Positions 28,384-39,932 are shown, counted from the first letter of the stretch. The stretch is 64,000 nt of DNA from Armatimonadota bacterium (GCA_039680575.1 JBDKSP010000077.1:29448-93447), one strand, 5' to 3'. A program made the numbers and translations. Notes: a model not told the origin generated them from the sequence alone.

Positions 28384-28710
28384 TCCCCGGATTCTCAAGG
28401 GTCGATTAAGCTATGTCAAAGGTTCGGACATAGTCGGCACCGTCATTCATCCTCACGATGAATCGCGCGTCCTACATGGTCTTCATATCGTTTGCCGCGC
28501 TATTCACAAAACGCAACAACCTTTTGACCTGAGACAACGCTACTGTACGATTTGCGGAGTGAACAATTTCTCCACCAAATTGGAAGATAGAATTTGGATA
28601 TTCGAGGGCCACGCTCATTTGTGCCGATGTGAGCGTGGTTTTGCTTTGTACGGGGCCTGAGTCTGTGACGAGCTCCTCTGGACTGGGTTGAGGTGGATGT
28701 CACCCCAAAC

Positions 28711-29419
28711 TTACTCAACAGATTTTCTTTCTATCAGCTTTTCTTTGTTCTCTCTTATGGCCAACGCAGTAATTTCACGAACCATATCTGACTTACCATC
28801 AATGTACGATTGACGATCGTCATTAAACTACTTGCATAACCCCACTTTGTGCTTTGATAGTTTCTCTACCCATTCAGGATGGCCACGCATGAAATCACGG
28901 AAAAGCAAATGGTCGCGCAATGCAGCAGCGCCGGTAATACACACGTAGAAATGGTGAGGCGGTAAGGATTGCTGCAATTGAGGGTCGGTCAGCGTGAACG
29001 CTTCGCGGTCTGGAATGTCTAGATCTCCTAGTGCAGTTTCCAAAAAGTAGTTGTTAATTTCCAGATGGCAACATGCTCTCTGCGATATCGGATCAACAGG
29101 CCACTCTGAGATCAAAATAACCGTTAGCCCGCCTTCAACGATTGCATGCCAGAAATGTAATGTTATTTACTGGAAAATGCACTAGACGAACATATCCGAT
29201 CGTCGCCAGGCAATCTCTGACTGTTGGGAATAGATCACTATCCACAATTACATCGATATCAATAATGGGTTTTGCAGTCATCCCTGGAACGGCAGTGCTT
29301 CCAACGTGTTGAATCATATAAGGCACGCTGGCTAGAGAGGGTTCCACAAATGCTTTTACTCTTTCGAACCAATGAGGCCATTCATCATTATAGGGCTGAA
29401 CCAGGGTAACTCCATTCAT
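28711..29419 (-). pseudogene. GrpB-family nucleotidyltransferase pseudogene (MITE insertion plus in-frame TAG)
   Basis: HVGSTAVPG..AKPIIDID N-terminus; frame restored by removing 154 bp (GYVRLGDLDIPDREAF); TAG at 28830-28828 precedes DRQSYIDGK. Confidence 0.85.
29028..29185. mobile_element. About 150-bp non-autonomous element (MITE) with terminal inverted repeats at a CTAG target
   Basis: CTAGTGCAGTTTCCA ... TGGAAAATGCACTAG; no transposase ORF. Confidence 0.85.
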
Positions 29420-30009
29420 AACATATGTCTCTTTCCATCGTAATGACTATTGCTCTTATATGAGAATAAGCAACGCAATTATACATTGATTCGTTCCAGA
29501 CCACCAAGCTCTAAAGGCCCTACTGTATAGCGAGAGGGCGGAAGTCCCAGGACTCTCTTGCGAGCAACTAATGTTTTCGATAAGTCCCCATCTGTTTCAG
29601 CTAGGCCATCGGTAGGTCATAGCCAAGGCATTCAATAGAATTGGACTTGATGACACCTATGACGAGCAGGCACTTGTTCCTAACGCGTAACTGAACTCCT
29701 CGACATACCAAACAACTTGACCCTACACCCTGATAATCAGCGCTCAAGCGAGCTTCTCGCATATGGTCATCTTTTTTGTCTAGGTTGCTTCGAATAGATC
29801 TTCGTTTAGACTTTCAAGCACAAAGCAATGCTCGTGCAAAGTGGCAACACACCCAGTGTCTCAGTAGCACCTGTCGTTCTGTGAAAACGACCGAGCGTCC
29901 ACAATTTGTATGTTGGACAAGACTGGAATCCTTTATTGCCTTCTTCTTTTGTCGGAATGCAGTTTCAATAAATAGGAGCAGAGCACCTATTGTCCGATAT
30001 TTGATATAT

Positions 30010-30038
30010 TTGACAATTCAGACTACCTGCTGTAAATT
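30010..30038 (+). promoter_or_regulatory. Sigma70-type promoter for the KAP NTPase
   Basis: TTGACA-N17-TAAATT. Confidence 0.5.
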
Positions 30039-30148
30039 ACTTTATGAGCCCTAGGTAGTTTGAGGACTGCTGTTGGGCTATTTTCGTATTACCTTCTGCC
30101 ATGAATCGCGATTGGGCGTAATAGATTACACACAATGGAGGAATCGCT

Positions 30149-33100
30149 ATGTCTGAAGATGCGGATCTTATGCATAGCCTACTGGACCGAGAGATCAGCA
30201 CGGAGTCAGCTGATGAATTCGGTCACAGACACTTTGCAAAGGCACTTCAGAGCCTTATTGAGTTGCCGAACAAACCGCCATATAGCATAGGTCTTCTGGG
30301 CAAGTGGGGCACAGGCAAGAGCTCAATCAAAGAGCTGTACCGCGCTTGTTTGGAGGATGATGCCGCAAGATCCAAAGCAATAAAGCCAATCACTTTCAAC
30401 GCCTGGAGGCACGGCGGTGAAGATATTAAGCGGGCTCTATTGCGGCACGTGTTTATGGAATTGAACGGCAATGAGGATGAGTTGCTTGATGCGCTTTCTC
30501 GACACGTCCAGACCGTGATACCGCAGCACAAGAGCTTCCGAATGGTCTTGCGCGACGTGGCGTTGAGGATACCTATCGCGCTTAGTTTGCTGATTATAGC
30601 AATATTGGTCAGCGCGTCAGCAACTTGGTACCTGAAGTGGCTACTAAATCTATCTGAAAAGCCAACATTAACACTTATCGCAGGTGCTATGGGGGTTGCC
30701 ATTACATTTCTGATCGGTAAACTCCTCGAGATTGGTAATTCTACGAACATTACCCGCATAGAGCCGCCCAGTTCTACAGCGGAAGATTACGAACGTTTCC
30801 TTCTAAAGCAGATGCATACTTTTAAGGACGCGAACGGTGCGGATTGTACCAGACTTGTTGTGTTCGTGGACGATCTAGATCGTCTCGGACCTGAAGAGAT
30901 GGTGCGTGGATTGGATGCGATTCGCACTTTTATGGAGATTCCAACAAATCGAATACCTGCCGGGCTAGGTGTAGTATTTGTGATATCGTGTGACGAAGAA
31001 CGCGTGGCAAAGGTTTTGTCGGACCGTGACTGTAAACCAGGCGCCAGCCTGCCGGGCACAGTGTCTACACTCGGTGATGCTCACCGTTTCTTGGACCGCA
31101 TTTTTCAATTTCGGCTCGATATACCGCCATTTCCTAAGCGCGACATGCGCACCTACGCAAAGAAACGACTTTGCCAAGATTTGCCTGAAATCGCTGCCGA
31201 ACTTAATAAGCGAGGTGTGCTCGAAGAGGTCGTCAGCAGATTGATACATGTCGGAGTGCAGAGCCCGAGAAATGCAGTCCAACTTCTGAATATGTTTGCT
31301 CAGTGTTGGTGGCTGGCTAAGACGCGTGAAAGAGATGGATCGGGAACCGAGCGAACTGGTGGTCTACGGCAAGGAGCTGTCACCAGTCATCCAATCACCC
31401 TAGCGGTCGTCTGTGTACTTCGTGTTGACTTTCCCGACTTCTATGAAGATCTTCTGCAAGAACCAGAGTTAGTAGATTCATTCACTAAAGTCTGCATTCG
31501 CGGAGGAGCTTTCGGCGAGCAAGCAGAATCAGTACAAAGAATCTTAAGGAAGTATTTCAATCCTGAAACAAATGATTTAACGAACGAAGACTATCGTCCA
31601 CTGCTGCGCTATATCAACAGCCTTCAGGAACTCGTATGGCCCTCATCCAAGATGCCACTGCTGCTATTATCTCAAGACCCGCTGACTCGTAAGGTTGGTG
31701 ATAGGGGCCCGAGGCTCAATGATGCGCTTGTTTCTGCAGATCATCGTGAGGTGCTGAGAATTCTCGGTCATGATAAGGATGCCAAACCATTATCTCAGGA
31801 TGATATTGACCAACTTCACGAAGTTATGGAGGACTTCATAGAAGACGAATCAATCGACCGACGTAGAAATGCGGATGTAGCAATCGCAGCTCTATTAGAC
31901 CGATTGCCGGAAAAACACTCGGACAAGCTGCTGATACGTCTTATCCGCCGTTTGATTCAATACCCTGAACTGCGATGGAGGCTGGGCATTGTCAAGATAG
32001 GTCATGTCCTTAGTCGAGGGCACACTGGTGACCGAAGAGAATTGGCACGCATACTAGTAGATAGTGTACTCAAAACGGAAGGTGAGATCGGTTTTCGACG
32101 TACAGTTGAGAATGCTCTAACACTAGATGAGGCCATATCAGTGGCACGAGAAACGTGCAGCATAGTATTAGAAGTCCGTGCGAAGGACGGTCTGGACAAT
32201 CAGTCAGAGACGGCCTTACTCAACTGGCTCGAAAAGCGGCATGTTATGGTCGGTGGAGAAGAAGGCCATCTGCAAATCCAGGATTTGGAGCAATGGATGT
32301 CCGAGTACGAAGACGGTTTACTGTTACCGATGGGGGCAAGCTACACTCGTTCATTGCTGGAAGAACTGGATGCCGGACACCCAGTTGAAAACGATGCTAT
32401 AGATCGGGCTCGGTGTGTGTTTGAGATGCTTCGAGGAGGGGATGCATTTGAGCAAGCGGAGCTTTGGGCACAGCTCTGTCGGTACGTTGCCGTGGTTCAA
32501 CCACAAGCAGTTACACTCGCGCATGAATGTGCAAGCAAGAACGTGGGAAATGCGGACGAGAAAACGATCTCGGCGTTCACGAAATCATTTGCCGACCGTA
32601 TAGCTAGGCATGCCGTCAAGAATCAAAAGCGCTACGCAATCGACGACTTAACGCAGGGTCATACGCTGCTCAATCTTATCAGGCAGCGACCAGAATCGCT
32701 CGATGAAGAATGCCGGCAGGCACTAATTCCACTTGCTAAGTCATGGGGAACGACTGCAGAAAAAGCCAATATGGCGATAGGCATTCTTGATGTGTTGTGT
32801 GAGCTAGACAAGCGAAGCAGCCAAATAATATCGGATTGGATCGAAAGGCTATTGAACGACTTGCCTGAGCCATGTCTTGACTGGCTAAGCCAGCATTTCA
32901 CGGACAAGCTTACTAATAGTCAGCGCACTGGCATAACGGACCAGATGCGCGTCCTCTGTGGCCGAGATGATATCTCGAAGGACGAAGGCAAGCGGTATTG
33001 CCGAATACTCAAGACAATGTCGCCTGAGTCCATCAAGTCAAAGCCTATGCAGGATCATCTTGCATTTCTTCTTGACCAGATTGGGGAGCGCTGTATCAGT

Positions 33101-34162
33101 CTTGATGGATTCTTCTATCGTGTATTCGAGGCCGTACCACCATTACTATCTAGCATTCCGTCGACAATTGTTGGGCCAATGCTGCAAAAGGTGTTTGATG
33201 GCCTGATTAATGAGCATGTTGCGTACGGTTGGGCTCATTATTGGATGGTGTCCTACTGGCCGCTTCCAAGTGATAAGCTGCAACCGTATAACCCACAGCA
33301 TATCTTCGAACAAGGGCCCGTCGTGCTTGGCCAGTTTCCGGCTGACAAATGGGATTGGGCCGTTCATATTGTGACTTCTATGGAGAAGATGATGGAGCGT
33401 GGGGTTGTTAGCAACGAGAATGCCGGGTCTTTAGTTGAGGCTGCTTGCCTTCTGTGGCCTTACAAGCAGGAAAAGGCTCTTAACACCATAACCGGGCAGG
33501 ACGTTTCGCCTGATGTTCGCAAGATCGCCGGTCTTATGAACGGTATTGACTTCACCAACGAGGAACAACGTGACCGTTTGTGTGAAGCTTGGCGGCATTT
33601 TGCAGGGCTGATCACTGAAGACGAAAGCCGCTTGGTAGCGAAGTCCATTCTACAAAGTGCTCCTTTAGGAACGGAGCGTGACCCAGACTTGGCCCTTCAG
33701 GTGTGGGTGGACGAGAACCAAGTTCATCAATCGATTTTGCTTGATGGTTTGCTGCGTGATCTCGATCTCAATGATGACCAACGACAGAGAGTCTGGTTGC
33801 AGACTGAACGCCTTGCTCCTCATGTGGGTCTGAGCGTCTTCATTACTGTTCTTCCAGGGTTGCTTGGACTGCAGGACATTCCGAACACAACGAAGGCAGT
33901 GATTGAAGCACAGACGACGTTGACCAGATTGTGTGTAAATGACAGGGATCGAATTAAACTCGGAACGGCGCTGCTAGATGCCTTCTTGCGTACATCATCT
34001 TTAGACTTAAAGAATAAGCTGGCTCTATGGATAAAGGAGGCCAAGGCCGCTTCCTCGCTTAACCAGATGCAAAAATTGGGTAATCCGACTAAGGATGATA
34101 TTCAGATACTTAAGAGTTACTTTCCTGGTTCTCGCGCACTTAAGAAGTACAAGAACATATAA
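30149..34162 (+). CDS. KAP-family P-loop NTPase with two TM helices and long helical C-terminus
   Basis: GLLGKWGTGKSS, FNAWRH, two TM segments inside the NTPase, VFVDDLDR, SPR. Confidence 0.88.
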   Translation: MSEDADLMHSLLDREISTESADEFGHRHFAKALQSLIELPNKPPYSIGLLGKWGTGKSSIKELYRACLEDDAARSKAIKPITFNAWRHGGEDIKRALLRHVFMELNGNEDELLDALSRHVQTVIPQHKSFRMVLRDVALRIPIALSLLIIAILVSASATWYLKWLLNLSEKPTLTLIAGAMGVAITFLIGKLLEIGNSTNITRIEPPSSTAEDYERFLLKQMHTFKDANGADCTRLVVFVDDLDRLGPEEMVRGLDAIRTFMEIPTNRIPAGLGVVFVISCDEERVAKVLSDRDCKPGASLPGTVSTLGDAHRFLDRIFQFRLDIPPFPKRDMRTYAKKRLCQDLPEIAAELNKRGVLEEVVSRLIHVGVQSPRNAVQLLNMFAQCWWLAKTRERDGSGTERTGGLRQGAVTSHPITLAVVCVLRVDFPDFYEDLLQEPELVDSFTKVCIRGGAFGEQAESVQRILRKYFNPETNDLTNEDYRPLLRYINSLQELVWPSSKMPLLLLSQDPLTRKVGDRGPRLNDALVSADHREVLRILGHDKDAKPLSQDDIDQLHEVMEDFIEDESIDRRRNADVAIAALLDRLPEKHSDKLLIRLIRRLIQYPELRWRLGIVKIGHVLSRGHTGDRRELARILVDSVLKTEGEIGFRRTVENALTLDEAISVARETCSIVLEVRAKDGLDNQSETALLNWLEKRHVMVGGEEGHLQIQDLEQWMSEYEDGLLLPMGASYTRSLLEELDAGHPVENDAIDRARCVFEMLRGGDAFEQAELWAQLCRYVAVVQPQAVTLAHECASKNVGNADEKTISAFTKSFADRIARHAVKNQKRYAIDDLTQGHTLLNLIRQRPESLDEECRQALIPLAKSWGTTAEKANMAIGILDVLCELDKRSSQIISDWIERLLNDLPEPCLDWLSQHFTDKLTNSQRTGITDQMRVLCGRDDISKDEGKRYCRILKTMSPESIKSKPMQDHLAFLLDQIGERCISLDGFFYRVFEAVPPLLSSIPSTIVGPMLQKVFDGLINEHVAYGWAHYWMVSYWPLPSDKLQPYNPQHIFEQGPVVLGQFPADKWDWAVHIVTSMEKMMERGVVSNENAGSLVEAACLLWPYKQEKALNTITGQDVSPDVRKIAGLMNGIDFTNEEQRDRLCEAWRHFAGLITEDESRLVAKSILQSAPLGTERDPDLALQVWVDENQVHQSILLDGLLRDLDLNDDQRQRVWLQTERLAPHVGLSVFITVLPGLLGLQDIPNTTKAVIEAQTTLTRLCVNDRDRIKLGTALLDAFLRTSSLDLKNKLALWIKEAKAASSLNQMQKLGNPTKDDIQILKSYFPGSRALKKYKNI

Positions 34163-34249
34163 AGGCAGCGTGCTATGGCACGGCGATGGATTTGTCTACT
34201 CAGACCAGATAAAGCCTGCTACACAATGATGAGGTCGTGGCGTTACCTC

Positions 34250-36277
34250 TTACTGACTTGAGATTAAGGAGCCAGATGTGGGAACTGCAGCGGCTGTGTT
34301 CTGGGGCAGTGACATCAAGATCTCATCGGCAGAATCCTTATCCGATAACAGTGCATCCCTGCGAAGCTGCAGTTTGTCGAGCACGAACTTGTGGCGCAGT
34401 TCTACGTTCGTCCATACCTCACTCCATCTCAGCACGTATACTTTGTAGCGGCCGATCTTGTGCGCTAGATGCTTCTCGCCGTGTGGCTTGCAGTTTTCGA
34501 TCTCCTGCTCAATGTGCTTGTCATAATCCTTGCCGATGAGGTAAAACTCCCAATGCATATTCCCGGCGTTGAACTGAGGAATATCAAGGATAGTGTTCAT
34601 ATACCGTTTGACCTGCGCAAGCTGCTCTTCCCCAAGGGTGATCGATGGATGCTTCAGCTCAACGACGATATTTTCGATCATGTCAGTATCGTGAAGCCAC
34701 CTCACAGCAAATATGTCCATCTGCTTTCGCTTATCAGGATGGTCCAGGCTCACTTGTTGCTTCTCACCTCTGAGTATATACATGTAATCCTTGAGCGCCC
34801 GCTCAAAACCCACTTCCGCTGCCGCCACAAGGTGGTACTGCTCACCAAACATCCAATAGTGTCGCTCCATAAAGCTTTGAAGGTGAGTCACTTCGTCAGC
34901 GTAGAATTGCGGGTCGATGACCATTTGCTTGAGCTCATTCAGGGCAACAAACCTATCCTCAATCAGACGGACTGTCGATACTATGTTAGACATCTCTGTC
35001 TTTTTAAGCAGTCTCGCAAGATCTTCTCGCTGCTCGCTGTCCATCTGCACGACTTGCTGGAGTATATCGAAGAGGGCATCGCGTTCATCAGAGTCGATGA
35101 TTAGGTGCAGCAGCCCGACGAGCGTCCGTGTTTGCTTCTCGCTAAGGCTGGCAAAAATGGCTGGCTCAAGTATGTAGAGCTCCTCCACCACCTTTAGGAG
35201 TGTATCGCGACGCATCTGATCCCAGGGATTCTCGCTGAAGTCCGGAGCGATTCTCTTCTGCTGCAGTCCTTCAGTGTAGGATCTTGCCTTCGTCCTCAAA
35301 AACGGTTTTCTTTTGCGTGAAAGGTAGTTGTGCAGGAACTCCTGCAGATCCCGAAATGCATCTTTGTCGGCTTTATCCTCGAAACCCAGCGGAAGCTGAT
35401 CAGTGCCGTTGTCACCTGCTATGCCAACAACTGTTCCCATTCTACTGAAGAGTGGGCTCTGCACGTACACGCTGTGGTAGAAGCCATCGCCTTTCTGGTT
35501 CAGGGTAGTGTATTGGTTGGATACTTCAACACCCGACTCGTCGATAAAGTAGTAGCGAGAGTACTCATCATGAAGCTTCTGTGTCCACTGCACGTAATGA
35601 ATATCAATCATTACCTGGTCGATCTGTCGCTGGCAGCGATCCTGCTCACCGATGAGCCAGGGATAGGTCAATGGCTGGCCGTTGATCACGATCTTTCGTT
35701 GGATTGGTGAAGGCAGTTCCAGAAACCAGGCGAACTCCAACGCTAAGTGGTGCTGTAGCTCGTGATCAAGATCCTCGGCAAACAAGTTGTGGCACCCGGA
35801 GAACTCAACGCACGTTCCCGTGCGTTGTGCAGAGCTGATAGGGTCACCCGCTTCGTATCGATGGAGCGATTGGCTGCGAACAGTTATCTGGTATTGCTGG
35901 TTGCCCTTGTCTGATCGGCACGTTGTTGTCCAGCAGGCTCTCTCAGCGAAACAGAAGAAAGTGAGACGTCCATAGCCGTTCTTGCCGTGCACAGAAGATA
36001 ATCCATAACGGCGATTGGCGGGGTCGGCAGCTTTATGAGTATCGTAGAACGGTCTAAACCTGTCGTCTAGCTCGCAGTAATCAATGCCAGAGCCATCGTC
36101 TACGACAGTGATGCTGTCAATTCCTCCAAGGTCATTTGGTTGCCAGTCGATGCGAACCTCACTCGCCCCTGCGTCGAAACCATTCCACACATATTCGGCG
36201 ATTGCAGACAATGGTTTGTACTTGCGTAGCGTGCGCCGAATCCCTGGTGTAGAGATGACAATCTCATTCGTCTTCAT
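34250..36277 (-). CDS. GHKL (MORC/HATPase) ATPase fused to a C-terminal PD-(D/E)XK nuclease
   Basis: EYVWNGFDA, DDGSGI, GKNGYGR, GT; MDIF...VVELK...Q..RY; start moved to MKTNEI. Confidence 0.8.
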   Translation of the reverse strand: MKTNEIVISTPGIRRTLRKYKPLSAIAEYVWNGFDAGASEVRIDWQPNDLGGIDSITVVDDGSGIDYCELDDRFRPFYDTHKAADPANRRYGLSSVHGKNGYGRLTFFCFAERACWTTTCRSDKGNQQYQITVRSQSLHRYEAGDPISSAQRTGTCVEFSGCHNLFAEDLDHELQHHLALEFAWFLELPSPIQRKIVINGQPLTYPWLIGEQDRCQRQIDQVMIDIHYVQWTQKLHDEYSRYYFIDESGVEVSNQYTTLNQKGDGFYHSVYVQSPLFSRMGTVVGIAGDNGTDQLPLGFEDKADKDAFRDLQEFLHNYLSRKRKPFLRTKARSYTEGLQQKRIAPDFSENPWDQMRRDTLLKVVEELYILEPAIFASLSEKQTRTLVGLLHLIIDSDERDALFDILQQVVQMDSEQREDLARLLKKTEMSNIVSTVRLIEDRFVALNELKQMVIDPQFYADEVTHLQSFMERHYWMFGEQYHLVAAAEVGFERALKDYMYILRGEKQQVSLDHPDKRKQMDIFAVRWLHDTDMIENIVVELKHPSITLGEEQLAQVKRYMNTILDIPQFNAGNMHWEFYLIGKDYDKHIEQEIENCKPHGEKHLAHKIGRYKVYVLRWSEVWTNVELRHKFVLDKLQLRRDALLSDKDSADEILMSLPQNTAAAVPTSGSLISSQ

Positions 36278-36580
36278 GGTCTGCCTGTAGCCTACCTCAC
36301 AATGTTCACAATAACCTACCTTTAACATTATTCTATGGCTCCTTGGCTGTTTCCTGCATGCACGACAGAATGGATCCAATTGATTTGTGTGCCGTGTCTT
36401 GTGGTGGTGATGGCAGCACCATCTACTTGGGCTTGGATGTTGATTCGCGATAGTCGCTGCGGGGCTCCCGCGCGAGGTCCGACGCTGACTTGAACTTCCC
36501 TTCCTCAAGAAGCTTCTTTCACCGGTAAGCCCAGATATCGCGACAACCAGCGCTTCTTGTTGGGAGCGGAACATCATGGA

Positions 36581-39500
36581 TTACAGGCCGGTCCCTAGGC
36601 CAACCAGACAAATATCATAGGCCCGGACGCGGTGTGCTCCGTTAGTGATCGTCACCTTGAAGCCAGCGTCCTCTATAGTCTTCATATCGTTTGCGAACCG
36701 CTGGACGAACTGCTGCACGCTGTTCATGTCGAACGACAGGCTGTATTCCTTTGCCACGCGCTTTAGGGCAATGAAAAGCTCACGTGCGAGCACTCCCCTT
36801 ATGGATGCCTCATCTTCAAACTCGATCTGGTAGCGCTCCGTGAAGATCGACCTGGCCGACCTCCCCGACGGCGACAGATATGACTGCGCATCCGACTTCA
36901 CCGCGTTCGCATAGGCCTTGAACAGACCGCCAAGCGCGGTCGCGATGGGGTTTGATTCTCTTGCGGCGTCATTTGTGACCATGTTGAGCGCCGTGATGAT
37001 GTCGGAGAACCTCGGATCGATAGCGTTCATCGCGCTCTCCACGTCCTCCTCCGGCATTCCGGCGATCCCCATCAGGTACATGAGGCTCAGGTAATCATTG
37101 CAGCGTCGCTTGCTGTGGTTTCCGAGATCCCGCTGGAGGAGTTCCATCACCCGCTCCTGGGCATCATCCCGGAGCATCGCGAGCACCCAGCTCGTCCGCT
37201 TCATTATGACCGAGAGGATCGTGTTCCTGTGGTGCCGGATCTTCGCGAGCACCTTTGCCTCAAGGAAACACTTGTCTCCCGCGTCACCGAGCTCGAACCG
37301 CAGGATAAACGAGCGCGAGAGGATCTCCGTCAGGTGGGTCGCTAGCGGCTCTATCCCGGTCGTGTTAATGAGACACCTCGGGCGCTCTATCACCGTATCG
37401 GTGTCAGAGCCGGTCTTCCGTTTCTCCTTCGCTATCCCCGTGATGCTCGTCAGGAGGAAGTTTACGAAGTCCTCCGAGACATCGTTTGACTCCACGTTGT
37501 CGAGCGAAAGGAGTGGGTTCTTCGAGCCGTCCGAGTAGTTCGCGGCGTCGGTCGCCTTTTTCTGCTGTGGCTGTCCGTAGATGAGCGCTGTGATGAGCTT
37601 CGCAGCCGAAGTCTTCCCGGATGATGAACTGCCCTCAAAGCGTGTCATGGGACGTGTCCCTGCGAAATCTATCAGGAGAAAGCATGAGAGCCAAGCAAGG
37701 ATGAGGAACCGGTTTGGCGATGAGCACGTCAGATTGTCTCCCACGAGTTCCGCAAGGAGCCGATCAGCCTCATGATCGTCCGCGTCGGGCAGGAACGTGA
37801 TAGGCTCAAGCTTCTCGGATGAGTCCAGAATCACCCCGTCCGCGTTTCCGCCGTTCTTCATAATCTCCACGCCGTCCGGCGTTATCTTCGCAATTTCATG
37901 GCGCTCGTTATTCAGGTTGAAGTACACCGCATGGTTTGCCATGTCGGTATGAAGCCACGAGAACTGGTCCCGAACCTCTCCCTTGATGGCCGCGACGTTC
38001 GCGAGCACTTCCATAAGAGTGCGGCCCCCGTTCGTGGTTGATACGAGACCGGTCGAGTTGTAGATGACGGCTGAGTAGAGCCTTCTCCTCGTGCGCTCGG
38101 AAGAGTCCATCCAGAGCATCACATCGTCATAGAACATGAATGGTTCGCTCTGACGCGTCCGAAAGAAGCGCGCGCCGTTAGATGCGAACCATTCATAGGC
38201 GGCCTCGGCAGCCATTGCGTAGTCTGGACTCCCGGTCTCAGCTTCGGTATCGAGGAGCACCTGCTCAACACACGCCCGACAGGACCCTGACGGTGCAGTG
38301 CTAACACGCTTCTCCTGCCTGCGAGCCTCTCGAATCCGCGCGGATTTCTCCCGCTGTATGGCCTTTATCTGCTCCTTCAGCGTCCCGACGGAAAGCCCTG
38401 ACTTCCCGCACCGCTCTACGATCCGACGAAGTTCTCTTGACTGGTCAAGCGGCGAGAGTTCAGCTACCTCGCGGAGCACCGAATCGATGAGCCTGTTCCG
38501 CTCTGCTTCAGGAAGATCTGCTGGAATCCTGTCGATGCTGTACTCAAGCGGCGTGACTGCGCGCGCCATGAGCGACTCGAATTCCTCCGCTGAGTGCCGA
38601 GCAAGGAAGAACTCGTTTACATCGACTTTCGCCTCCGATAGGAGCCGCTCCGCCTCTTTGAGGTCTTCCGGCGGCTTCCCCGAAAGCCGTTTCGCAAGCT
38701 CCCTCGGCCCGACCGCAGCGTCCAGCCCGAACCGATCCCTTAGAGCCAGCCGCGCCGTCTCGTGCTTTTCATCAAGGGGCAGGACCACAAGCCGTGTCTC
38801 TATCCCGGCAGAGGCAAGGTGCCGCGCAGTCTTTAGCGCGCCCCGCATACCTACCTCGGAGACTTCGTTGTCCTGGCAGATATAGACCGTCTTCACCCCC
38901 GCAAGCTTCGGGAGTATTCGCTGCCAGTCGTCGTCTTTTATCTGCACCGTGACAGGGGAGACCGCCTCGAACCCCCGCTCCATAAGCGAGATGCAGTCGG
39001 TCACGCCTTCAGTGATGATGACGCGCCCGGGTCCTATCGCAAGGCAGCCTTCGTTGTAGAGGGAGCTGTTCGTGATACATGGGGCTATGTGCCGGCGGGA
39101 GTGTTCGTCATGGCACTTCAGCTTCTTGTACTTGCCCTGCTCCCAGTTGCTGTCCGGCGTCCACGGGGTCTTTCTCCCAATCATAAAGACCACCCGGCCA
39201 CGGCTCCAGTATGGGAAGACGATCCGATTCACGAACCCTGGGACCAGATCGTCGTTACTGGTCGGGTTGAACGCTCCGGTAGCAGCAAGCTCCCTTAGAG
39301 TAAAGGGTGACTTACCTGATGTAAGAGCCGAGACTATACCCGGATGCTTCGTCCCGGCGCTGTCGACAAAGGGCATATTGTCCGCGTATCCAATAAGGAG
39401 GGAATCAATGGTCTCAAGCGATATGCCATAATGCGCCGTGAACCATTCCAAGACCTGCGGCGAGGACTTCAGCCGCTCGTTGTAGTAGCGCGCAACAGCC

Positions 39501-39931
39501 GTAAGCGCCGCCTGGACCCGAAGCTCAAAGGCTCTCTCGGCCTCCGTCTCAGCCAGCTTCTCCGGTGAGAGCCCATAGCTTGAGAGCGGCGGAAGGCCGG
39601 CCTTTTCCGCGAGAAAGTCCCGCGCCTGCTGATGCGAGTCGGGCATGGGGCCGGTGACGCCAGCGGTGACGCGCCCGGACTGGACGAACTCCACAAGCTG
39701 GAGCACGTCACCGCCCACGCCGCAGCCGAAGCAGAACCAGCACTGCTTGTCGATCTGGATATGAAGGGACCGCTTTGACTGACTCTTGTGGTTCGGGCAG
39801 TCGCACTGAAGAAGACCCTCCGACTCCTGGGTGATGCGACCGGGGAGAAGTTCCCTCGCGACAAGTCCGATATCGGTCTCGGTTATCAGCTTATAATACT
39901 CTATTACATTGTCGGGTCTTTCCACCCCCAT
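36581..39931 (-). CDS. Primase (CHC2 Zn finger + TOPRIM) fused to a P-loop helicase-like domain
   Basis: CPNH...CFGC, ITEGVTD, CQDNE, GSSSSGKTS, LDN. Confidence 0.88.
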   Translation of the reverse strand: MGVERPDNVIEYYKLITETDIGLVARELLPGRITQESEGLLQCDCPNHKSQSKRSLHIQIDKQCWFCFGCGVGGDVLQLVEFVQSGRVTAGVTGPMPDSHQQARDFLAEKAGLPPLSSYGLSPEKLAETEAERAFELRVQAALTAVARYYNERLKSSPQVLEWFTAHYGISLETIDSLLIGYADNMPFVDSAGTKHPGIVSALTSGKSPFTLRELAATGAFNPTSNDDLVPGFVNRIVFPYWSRGRVVFMIGRKTPWTPDSNWEQGKYKKLKCHDEHSRRHIAPCITNSSLYNEGCLAIGPGRVIITEGVTDCISLMERGFEAVSPVTVQIKDDDWQRILPKLAGVKTVYICQDNEVSEVGMRGALKTARHLASAGIETRLVVLPLDEKHETARLALRDRFGLDAAVGPRELAKRLSGKPPEDLKEAERLLSEAKVDVNEFFLARHSAEEFESLMARAVTPLEYSIDRIPADLPEAERNRLIDSVLREVAELSPLDQSRELRRIVERCGKSGLSVGTLKEQIKAIQREKSARIREARRQEKRVSTAPSGSCRACVEQVLLDTEAETGSPDYAMAAEAAYEWFASNGARFFRTRQSEPFMFYDDVMLWMDSSERTRRRLYSAVIYNSTGLVSTTNGGRTLMEVLANVAAIKGEVRDQFSWLHTDMANHAVYFNLNNERHEIAKITPDGVEIMKNGGNADGVILDSSEKLEPITFLPDADDHEADRLLAELVGDNLTCSSPNRFLILAWLSCFLLIDFAGTRPMTRFEGSSSSGKTSAAKLITALIYGQPQQKKATDAANYSDGSKNPLLSLDNVESNDVSEDFVNFLLTSITGIAKEKRKTGSDTDTVIERPRCLINTTGIEPLATHLTEILSRSFILRFELGDAGDKCFLEAKVLAKIRHHRNTILSVIMKRTSWVLAMLRDDAQERVMELLQRDLGNHSKRRCNDYLSLMYLMGIAGMPEEDVESAMNAIDPRFSDIITALNMVTNDAARESNPIATALGGLFKAYANAVKSDAQSYLSPSGRSARSIFTERYQIEFEDEASIRGVLARELFIALKRVAKEYSLSFDMNSVQQFVQRFANDMKTIEDAGFKVTITNGAHRVRAYDICLVGLGTGL

Positions 39932-39932
39932 A

